From Oopsacas minuta (lineage: Eukaryota > Animalia > Porifera), in the NCBI GenBank assembly GCA_024704765.1, contig JAKMXF010000222.1, forward strand, positions 1,740,400 to 1,804,399: a stretch of DNA of 64,000 nucleotides, written 5' to 3'. The notes under the pieces were generated by a model. The model searched no databases. It was given only the letters and a program-made list of their open reading frames with translations, and was not told the DNA's origin. The position numbers were made by a program, and so were the translations under genes. Shown in pieces: positions 49,594 through 60,100 of the stretch (its first letter is position 1; each line of letters begins with the position of its first letter).

Positions 49594-50226
49594 TAGGGAT
49601 TCCAATCCCGGGATCCCAGGATTTACTATGCTTAATTAATACATTAAAATTTTTACTTCTATATATGTACATAGCTTATACTAATACTATGATTGATGGA
49701 TTATTCTTTGTAATAGTTACAAGTCATTTGCTTGCTTTCGTTTATACGGCGAAGAATGAGTATATATTCACGTTCTTCAATACTGAATTAAATGGAAATG
49801 AATGAGAATAATAATGAAAGTAGCATAGAAAAATGAAAATACGACAAAGTATCACGATCCGATACCCAAAGCGTATACTATTACTAATCAGTGATGTTAT
49901 TTCTAATAAACACCAATGTGTCCAAATTGTGCACCTTCAAATTCTCGAAATCTAACGTGGTCCACTGCCAGGTAGCTAAAGAATAACAATATCGGTTCTG
50001 TTAAGAATGTACTATAATAATATGCAGTATACGTTATGTGTATGCATTGGTAATATTAAATTATGTAGTACTACGAACATCAGATTGCTATTGTTACATA
50101 CAATTTCTGTAGCTTCCTAATTAGGTAGACGTGATATAATTCAATGGAAGCCAATTTTTAGGGTGTGATCAATTCGTTTGAGAATCCCGGTTGGAAAAGT
50201 TCCGGGATCCCGGATTGGAACCCCTA
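49594..50226. mobile_element. hAT-superfamily non-autonomous element with intact 8-bp TSD
   Basis: TIRs TAGGGATTCCAATCCCGGGATCCC / GGGATCCCGGATTGGAACCCCTA flanked on both sides by AACCATGG (49586-49593 and 50227-50234). Confidence 0.9.
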
Positions 50227-50329
50227 AACCATGGAAACATAAGTCATTATGAGAGGTATAAATTTCTACCATGCAGTAAAAATGCTGTTTCCTTCTAACC
50301 GTTGATTCCTTTATGAGGAAGGATAGTTA

Positions 50330-50680
50330 GAAAATGCCCAGCCGATAGACTGGGAGTGCAGCTCAGGGTCATCTACCCAATAAACCCAGATTAGTCGTTG
50401 AGACTAATGATTAATATCATTTAGAAAATTTAATCCCAAAGGTGTGAAAAACGATTAATTAATCATATGGTAACTTTGTGTTCGTAAATTCAATTATACT
50501 CTAAAATGTCCGAATCGGAACCTAGCCCTATACACCTAATTACACATAACATAATGTTGAAATATAATCTCCAACATGATTTGAAGTTACATAGAAAGGT
50601 ACAAAAATACGAGTAATGACCAAAAAGGTGTGAAAAATCAGTTTAGAAAATTCATACTCCCAGGGTGCAAATCTCCATAA
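50330..50680 (-). mobile_element. Family B (Helentron/DINE-like) copy, inverted
   Basis: The reverse complement contains GGAGATTTGCACCCTGGGAGTATGAATTT and CTGAGCTGCACTCCCAGTCTATCGGCTGGGCATTTT, homologous to 18.6-18.9 kb. Confidence 0.6.
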
Positions 50681-51575
50681 AAATGTATAGCAATTTTGGT
50701 GTTAATTCGACTGCTAAAATTCTTAGCGCATACTCCCAGTAATTTTCACTAACTCTTACTAATAAGTAGGATATGAATGTATAAAAGATTGAGAAGCTTG
50801 GACAATTTGAGAAATTGATGTTCACCACGTACCACGTACGTTATTCACTGTCTAATAAACTATCACAGCAATAGGCTGTCCATGCCTGTTTCAACACATC
50901 TTAATAGCCTTGGAATTGGAAGAAGTTTTTCTGGGATTAATTAATGGCAGGCTCAATGCCACGTAAAGCTTCCAGAGGAGGGTTGGTAATACCATGTGGC
51001 ACGTGTGAGAGGTTATTCCGCGTCATTATTCGTAATGTTACATGTTGATTGAATGAATTGAAGCCTTATGGCTATTAATAATGTCTAGATGTAACAAGCA
51101 AAGAATCAGGGAGCCATTTCTAATAAACAAATTAAACAAAAGAATCACTAGCAAACCTAATGGAAGAAGACGCGTTCCAGTAATACTTTAATAATATGTA
51201 GAATGCAATTAATTCAAATGGCGCTAAATTTAGCCAAAAATCGAATCAATAATAGCTATAGCTAGATTATCATTACAAGGTAACAACAGAACAGAAGCGG
51301 TCTGCATCCCTGGGGACCAATATGAGATAATGATCTGATAATTTGAATCAATTCAGTTTCAATAATCCAGAATAGCATGACGGTACTATTTTTCATACCA
51401 TTTAATTAAACACTAAATCAGTCTTTAAAAGAAATTCTAGAATATTTGTAAATTGTAACATATAGGTCAAGGTGTGAAAATATGATTAATTATATGATAA
51501 TTTTGTGCTTGTTTGTACAAAATTGTAGCCAAGTGTCCAGGTAGCGTTCTGTCCATTTCCCATGTAACATTCCCA

Positions 51576-51719
51576 CAGTAAACTCTCGTTATACTGAAGT
51601 GCTCGGGACCCGGTTTCATATCGTTATAAGCGGCATTTTGTTTGCAAGCGGCGGAGAAAAATCAATTACTTTCAACCTATAGGGGTAAAGAATCACTTTG
51701 TTATAACGAGAGCTTACTG
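51576..51719. mobile_element. Tc1/mariner-type MITE
   Basis: CAGTAAACTCTCGTTATA ... TATAACGAGAGCTTACTG|TA. Confidence 0.75.
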
Positions 51720-51929
51720 TACAATACAACTAAGCTACATCGTAAAAGCTATATAGCTGATAGAGTATTGCTCCTGTATAAGAGGTGAGTGAAGTAATTG
51801 GCTGGTGAAGCCAGGGCCCGAGCCCTTAGGGACCCCTCCAGAGAATTCTCCAGTGTATATACGCAAACAGCAAACAGAAGGCCCTAAATATTTGGATAGC
51901 ACCAGGACCAGAGGACTCTTAATGCAGCC

Positions 51930-52416
51930 ATGGGTGACGAGGTAAGTAAGAAAAGAAAATACAACTCTCATACCCGAATTTCGATTAACTAGTCATGCCA
52001 ATAGATCCTAATTCACTGTTTCCTAACCTGGCAACAGAAAGTATTGTGGTCTATGGGAGGGAGTCCACATAAATGAATAAGCAAAAAGTTGGAAACATAG
52101 TCCTAGTTAATATTAGGCGATATGGTGACATGCCATATTTAACAACTGTAGGCGGGACAGTATCGCTTCTGAGGATATAAGTTGAGTGTAGTATCTGACT
52201 AATCGTGCTAAAAATGTAGTTGGCCTGTCCTTTCCGGTAGACCAGATAATCAATATGTTACAGCACATGCAGCGGCGTAGCTAGGACAGTAAGATGGTGC
52301 GGCATTGCCGCACTTGTAGTACATTTCTATGTAAATTTTGGGTGGGCACACACAATACTAGGTGTGGCATGTACCACATGACTGTACCCTGGTTACGCCC
52401 AACCCACATTGTGTAG
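51930..52416 (+). pseudogene. Probable decayed TRIM-like RING + B-box gene
   Basis: ATG and GAG|GTAAGT donor at 51930-51942, CAG acceptor at 52037. Fragments in order, with stops and frameshifts: KYCGL(W), S(W)KHS, VECSI(*), VVGLSFPVDQIINML, HCRTCSTFLCKF(W)VGTH. Several expected Cys codons read TGG or TGA. Confidence 0.45.
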
Positions 52417-52470
52417 AAGTTTTCACCAGCTGGAAAAAGCGGGTTACAAAGATGTATTCGCTGAAACATA

Positions 52471-52676
52471 CTGTATTTACCTGAATAAGCACCGGGGGGG
52501 CTAGAAAACGGGACAATACTTGTGAGTTAAAGTTTTATCACCACCCTCTAGAAAACACTTTTTCATAAAATTTATGCCTCATTTCACTATGAAACAAATT
52601 AGAGTTAGTTTCCAAATATTTAGACCAAAACCGACGAAAAGAATAAGCGGCAGGGATGTATTCAGAGCAAATACAG
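52471..52676. mobile_element. pogo/Tigger-type MITE
   Basis: TA|CTGTATTTACCTGAATAAGC ... TATTCAGAGCAAATACAG|TA. Confidence 0.72.
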
Positions 52677-53868
52677 TAAATCAAATACAGTATTTAGTGT
52701 GTTTGGAATGCATAGAAACTAATTTGGTGGTTGAGAGAAGCCGTGAAATAGAAACAGCATAGATAACATTATGTTGAATTCACTGCTTGTGAAGAAGCAA
52801 TACATAAATAATGGCTTCAGCTAATGAATAATACTGTAATAGTAGATGCATTAGGTAGTAACTAGTAGCCTATTCTGTAATACAATACTCTGAATAATGA
52901 ACTCACCACGGATAAATGTAGCCTTATTCTCAATCTAATAGCCTCAAAAAGCTAAAAATAAGCGTATCTTTGACTGGGATAAGTAGGCGTTGTGTGAGAT
53001 ATTGTTACTCCGTTACTCGAGCTCTGTGTACCGACAAGGGTTGGGCGCCAGAAGAGCGAATTTTGACAAAAGAAAACCCAAAATTGAGTGAGAAATCGTA
53101 AAATATTACCAATGAGTATTTCTGATTTTGTGAAATAGGAAAATAGGCATATAGGCAGTATAGTAGAAATTGATCACTTGAAGGTAACTGAATCTTCCTT
53201 TATATACTTGTTCTACAGTGTAGTATTATATAGGAGGGCCATGAATTAGCCCCTGTACTAAAACAAACATGTTTTGAGTCTTGTTTTCACATCTAGTTGA
53301 TGGAAATCAGTGAAAATATTTAAGAAATGAGATAAAATATTTATTTTAACGTTCTAAAATTTTCATTTAGTAACAAATATGTAACTCACTTCAAACGGGT
53401 GTAATATGAGTAGGAAGAAGAACAGATATTTATTTGCCACGTGAACTACTTTGGAACTCGTGTGATCTTCAAGATAATATTCCAAACTCCAATAAACTCT
53501 AAAACTCGTACAATTATTGAGAAACAACTAGCCAGGAAGCAAAAGCCAATAGTTAGGTTGTATATTTATGAAGTTCCTTGATAAACGATAATAGAATATG
53601 AATTTACATCATGGTTGTCCTGTAACCCCTATTAGCAATGGGAGGAGGTATAGTAATCATAAGATTATGAGTGTACCAGTTTCCGAGTATAACATGGAAA
53701 TATGATTACACAATAACTTCTGACTATCCAGAGGATACAGGAATGACCGTAGATTATTATGGGGCTATAATGCCATATATTTTAATAAGATAGAATCGTT
53801 CTTTGAGATCAAGGCTGATTCGATATTATTGTTAGATTGTTTCAAAAACTTACGTGGAAGTATTATGC

Positions 53869-53955
<87 letters not shown>
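53869..53955 (+). repeat. (AAT)29 perfect microsatellite
   Basis: Direct reading; it explains the spurious poly-N and poly-Y ORFs. Confidence 0.98.
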
Positions 53956-53959
<4 letters not shown>

Positions 53960-54741
53960 GTCTGTCAACTTTAACTGAACCTATAACTACCTATCATAAC
54001 ATGACATTCCCGGTGGCGTATTCAAGATCGGAATGAGTCTAGCCAAAGTGCTTTGATTTTATGAACTTTAGAGTTATAATACTGGTATGCTGTGAATGCA
54101 TTACGTTTCTAACTATTGGTCCTTGATCATACAAAGAAATTTGTCTCCGACAGAACGGTGCAATACATCATCGCAAATATTTCTCACATTTGTGGGATTG
54201 AATAATAAGAGCGATGATTATAACCAATCAAAATGGGGTTAAAATGGAGAGGGAAATCTATTGAATGATAGTTCTTATTCTGCAATATTATTATTAGCTC
54301 ATATTTTGTGCTCCTCTACCTCTAATTCTCTATGGACAGCTAACTGTAATAAACCAAATCACTAAATAGTTGCCTGTATGATATTACTGCAAATCTAAAG
54401 CTAGTTGGTATACAAACAAGGTAGTTCTAGCTAATGGTTTGTACAATTTTCACCAGGGTTTCACCGTTCCATGCCTCCATATAGCCTCTCTGCTAAAATA
54501 TCTCGTCTCTTATCTCTTTCTTCATCATGGACAGATGGACTACGTAGCTAAGAAATTAGAGATAAAACGTGTATAAGCATGCAGGGTATATTCAGGGACA
54601 GCTACGCTCATATAGGCATATGAATATGACTAGATATAGTTAAGAGCGGGAAATATTGGACCATTCCCCAATCGGTAACATTAATTTTCTTATTTAGACA
54701 AATTATGACAATTTAGATAGAGTTATTGAAGGCATAGTACG

Positions 54742-54850
54742 CAGGGCTCTCAACTTGGGAACTTTCAGAATCGTGAGATTAGTTTTCTAATAAAAGACAA
54801 AGGATTACGTTGTGACTTTAGAAACGAAATCGTGAGAATTGAGAGCCCTG
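54742..54850. mobile_element. hAT-like MITE (no intact TSD)
   Basis: TIRs CAGGGCTCTCAA / TTGAGAGCCCTG; the flanking 8-mers do not match. Confidence 0.55.
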
Positions 54851-54982
54851 AGGACGGTAGGAGCGTGTTCTCATGGCCCGGTACATGCATTATCCTGTTA
54901 AACTAAATAATTGAGTTTCAGGTCAGCCAAATTGTGCAAATGCAGAGTTGCCCAGGTTCGTTGACTTGGCTAATACGAGCAT

Positions 54983-55213
54983 GAAAGTCTTCAAACGTTA
55001 CGTAACCTTACCCTGGGAGGGGGTTATTTTTCGCGAATTTTGCGTTACGTAACGTCTGACGCCCCACGCCATGTCACACCAAAAACAACCAGCTGAAATC
55101 TGCCCTCAAATTTCGTTACCCATGTTGGCATATAGGCTCACGTAACTTTGAAAGTGTCATAGAGATGCATAACTTTGGGTAATTAGCGTTACGTAGCGTT
55201 TGAACAGCCTCTT
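54983..55213. mobile_element. MITE-like element of unclear superfamily
   Basis: Imperfect TIRs TTCAAACGTTACGTAAC / GTTACGTAGCGTTTGAA with internal ACGTAAC repeats. Confidence 0.45.
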
Positions 55214-57151
55214 ATCTTTTGATGGAATCAAATATCTATAGAAATAGTGAGTATTAGCTGTGTCACTGGTAATACTTACAAGTGATGGCGGAAAAAAGCT
55301 CCCAAAAATTGTTCTCAATTAATCATGACAGGTCCTTGTATGCTTCCAAAGTATAAGCTTAAGATCAACACAATAATGATCACATAACAAGACCTCGAAG
55401 GGAGGCGAACAGATACCCAAATGTTAAGGCCGATGTATTTTAGGCATAAGTCGAAGAATAGTTTCGTCTTGGAAAATAGTCAGTTTCTCGTTGCATTTAA
55501 TATTTCATAGATATTGTGAATAAGAAGCATCTCGCACTCATATAATAATAATTTAGAGAATTTAAACTTAACTTACAAAGATAATTCATTCATCAACTAA
55601 TTAGCCTTCAGATACATTCTTAAAGAGAAACTAGCAACTAAATGGGCAATCAGTCCCAAGTGTATGGTATATTGAATAATTGTAATTAAATTTAGAAGAA
55701 TTGAACTATGGATATTATCGATCGTTGCAACTAGTCTGAATGATAGAATTAATAGAAGTAACAGAATTCAAAATAATATGTTAAAACAGTGGATAAATAT
55801 TGTTAAATCATTTCTAATAACTACGTTCTTGGTATTTCTAATGAATAATACATGGGATTTGTATGTTTATAGTAAATCCCAGATGGTATTGTTGGATACA
55901 AAAGTTTCTGTTAGACTAGATACTGAATTCGCTTAGCTATGGTGCCTTGATTAGTGATGTATTAACAAGAGCAGCACAGGCTTTATGGAAGAGTTAATAC
56001 CGCAGACCTCAATTAAATTGTAAAGTAACTGAACAAAAGGAGTAGTTTCTTGGATACCGGTTGTCATGTCAGAAAAATTTAATTAAAATAGAATTATGCG
56101 TACAAGGAATATCAAGGATCATGCTTGTGCTAAATGACTTGATCTGACGCAATATATGCTGTAAAACAACAAAACGTTATTAAAGTGTTGTAAACTCCCA
56201 GTGAGGTCAAGTGGCAAATGCCTGTAAGCAGACAGTATTATATTTACAATAAGAAAAATAAAATAACACATGAATATCATGGAATGATGGAATATGCTAT
56301 TATTGGTCTAGGCAGTCAGCTGATATCCATGACATCAAGTGTTAGCAACATGTCTTGAAAGTAACATTTGATAATACCTATTTTCCCAATATACATGGTC
56401 CAAGTCCGTACTGATTATCTATGATTGTAACTCTAGAAAATGAAAATGAACGCAATTGGAGTGTGTGTTCCATTTTTAAGGAGCAGGTGCGAGGTACGAC
56501 CCAATAAATTTAAAGCACTTAATGCTCTGCCTATTCAATCCTACTGGCCGGGCAGGACCACTTTACCCTAAATCAAACCAGTGACCTGACTGCTATAAAA
56601 TTGACCCCGCCGCCCCTAGCTACACATTAGGAAAGCAGCAAAATACGTACGAATTGCAATGTTTGCTAAGACGATCAAATGAACAGAACAAATATCATGG
56701 ATATTTATGGCGAACAAACACTACTAAAGTAAGGATAATATCTACCTACTGCTCCACTATATTTATCAAAGCAAAATTGTAGAATTAACTAACAGAGCCT
56801 TTGTCATGATATTAGAAGATTCTTACACAGAAATTTGTATAACGTATGCTAAGGGTTGCATGAAAATAATAGTTTTTAATGGAACATGGCCTGATTGAAC
56901 TTTGTTGCATACACTATTATTTGATGCAACCAAATTGCATCTTGTATGTCACTGTATATGTATGGTGGGTATACTCTTAATTATGACTAAAATAGTTCTC
57001 TCAATATGTATAATCTGTATTTTAGGCTAATCAACATAATGTATAACAAATAAAGTATAATAATTAACAATAATGTATATCGCCTATTGTATCATATCAC
57101 CAGTGAGAATACAATATTCTATTAGCAAATTATTCTACACTCTATCAGAGA

Positions 57152-60100
57152 CTAGACTGATATATCCTTCTTCTGACTAATATTGATTTTATCTCCTAAG
57201 CTGAGTGCCATGCCTTGTGACTTAGCTCTGATTCTGACATGTCCAGTAACAGAGACATCCTTATCTTGAGGCTTCTTGAGAGATATGTTAGCAAGAGCTT
57301 CCTCTCCAAATATACTCCTGGCGTAAAGATTAGCAGAGAGGAAGTCACACTCTCCGGAGAGAGCCTTTGGAGGTGTGAGACATTTCATGTTAGTAGATTT
57401 GACTATGTGTTCTAGATAAGTTTGCATATTCTTGATTGAAGTGTTAACAGACAGTTTATTCTCCCACTCAAACTCAGTCCATTTCTTCCTGAAGTCCTCC
57501 TGCATCAGATGGCCAGGCCTTATGTAGTCCATAATATCAATGTGTATATCATTCAATACGACACAGTTCTTGTCAGAGGATGCAGTACCGGCTACATCAT
57601 ACACAATATTACCGAAAATAACTCCATTTTCGGTGGATGAAACTTTCACTGCTGCTTTGATATTAGCGAAGTCTTGTGGAGCTAGATTTATCTGAGATGG
57701 TTTCTCGACTAGTTTCAGATCTCCATGAGTAGCTAGTTCCAACAGGACTCCTTGTAGAGTATCAGGAGTCTGGTTAACAATCAGGATATCAAGAATGATG
57801 TCATACTGATGTACATATACATAAGCTTCAGCGTAGATAGGATCAGAGAATCCAGTCATCTGGTAGACACGATCTAACTTGCTCTCTGATGAGCTGTTAG
57901 TATCCTTTTGGTCTGAGGATCCTACTGCTTGTAGGAGACTTGCTTCGAACCTACAAGTATATGAAGCAATCATTATAACATATATGGTCATTTTCAAGAT
58001 TTCGTCAGCATTCTTAGAGATACGACACCAATATATTATCAGGGTATGGGAAGAAGTCAAGAAGGGGATATAGAACATATATGCAAGACAATTAATTCCT
58101 CTACAGTGCTTACAAATTGGAGCATTTTTGTTAACAAATTTGCTTCGTAAGCATTTAGATGACTCATTTCGATCTGGGAAATAGATTGTAGGCAGCGTTT
58201 CCCACATTATTTTTGGGATTGAGGCAGCCTCTGTCGCTTATACACGTACCAAACCTTATACATAGAGTCTTCATTTTAACTCGATTTGGGGGAACACTGA
58301 TTGTAGGTATAGTTTGTCTATTGTTAAGAATCAATAATACATACATATAGTCGGGGAAAATGCTACATTTTGACCGAAACAAATAAATTAACTGAATCAT
58401 CACTAGTCAATTGTTGGGCGTGGCATTGCTTTTTGTATCGAATGCTGAGTCAAAAGTAATGAATAAAGCTTTCTAATAGTACTTACTCAAAATGTATGAA
58501 ATGTATACACCCAGAAACGGTTCAAACAAGGTAATAATTAAAGTATATACGAGGGTCACTAGGAAAGGTTTGCGACTCGGGTATAACTATTGTTTGAAGT
58601 CAATTGAAATAGTTTAGAATTTTATAATATGGAATATAATTGTTCAAAGTAACCACCAATGTGGGAAATATATTTATGCATCCGCTCAAACCACTTTTCA
58701 AAGTAAGCGGTCCAATCTTCAGGTTTTACCTGCTCTAAGCAGCCTCTATATGCCTCGACAGCACCCCGCTGGAATGTCGAAAGTAACTCCACGTATCTGC
58801 ATTTTCATCCTCGGGAATAGATAGAAGTCGCACGGTACAAGATCCGGTGAATATGGTGGGTGGGTGACGAGCTGAATGTCATTCTCTACAATGGCGTATA
58901 ATGTTCTTGCAGCTGTGTACGCGTTGCATTATCATTAGGTCATAGAATTGGTCTTCTAATTCGTTTTTAGTACTTACAAAGCCACTCCTGTATTAACTTT
59001 GGTACACAAACTTCGGAATACCATTCTGAGTTGACTGTTTTCGCTTAACTAATGGAATTGTAGAAACATGACCCGATTTTCGCAAAAAATGTCGCAACCA
59101 TCTGGTTTCCCACACTTTTTTGGCGTCTCACTTTCGTAGGATAGTCTTCCCCTGGAAATGTCCAGACCAATGGATGTTTTTACGCTCAGTATCATACTCG
59201 TTGATCCACGTTTCATCATCCATAACAACATGATCCAATAATTTAGACTTTCAATTCATTATCGAATTTCATGATCATGAACTTGCAACATAAATCACTC
59301 ACTCTCTTTCAATTTCCATTTTGCTACAATTATATAGGTGTAAGATAAACTTATGAGAGTTAATACGTGATCAAAGTTATCACACACATCTACAAATATG
59401 AATCTCATTATACATACTGTTACTAATTGATACTGAATACAACCTGTCCAGAAAATATAATTTAAAATCAGCGCCCAGACGTTAGTAATTACTCTACACT
59501 TCTCCCCATTAATGGTAGATATTCATCCCCACTGATCCTTCCTGTCCGTATATGTACGCAACATACCCAACAGAATACGGTTCGATCTCTCTGCCAAACC
59601 ATCTCTTTGGGGTGATATGAACTTGTGTGAGTCTTTGTAACACCAAATGAGCTACATAATTCTGAGACTAATGCACTCTCAAAGTTTCTCCCCTGATCAC
59701 TATACAATTCCTTCGGAATACCAACATGGCAAAACAGCCTCCTTAGGATCCGTTCTATTCTATTTGCTCTTTGGTCTGGCATAGGAAACGCTTCCAACCA
59801 TTTGGTGAAATAGTCCTGAACCACTAAGATATATTTGTTCCCTGTGCATTCATAGGTACCTCTAGGACATCAACTGCGATTCTTTGCCAAGGGTTCCCAC
59901 TGGAGAGATAACTAAAGGAGCCTATACTGATCTAAGTTGTTTAGTGATCATACATTCGTCAAATGTGCTGCAAAATTGTCTAACATTCCATGCCATTCCA
60001 AACCAAAATGCACTATTGTTAAGTCTCTCAAACGTTTCCGCCATCCGAAATCCCCAGAACCAGGTATATCATAATTCTTATGTAAAGAAATATTCTTCAA

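Noticed and set aside
51735-51971. Minus-strand GGVPKGSGPG and PLVLVLSKYL look like non-LTR reverse transcriptase motifs
   Set aside because: The spacing is far too short for an RT and no YADD follows; the plus strand has the better signals.
53600-53870. LHHGCPVT...GRRY resembles the distal motif of 2OG-Fe(II) oxygenases
   Set aside because: A single short motif with in-frame stops and no HxD motif upstream.
53765-54036. Poly-Tyr and poly-Asn ORFs
   Set aside because: Both are translations of the (AAT)29 microsatellite.
55700-56300. Possible decayed coding sequence downstream of COPB1
   Set aside because: Too many stops and no identifiable domain.
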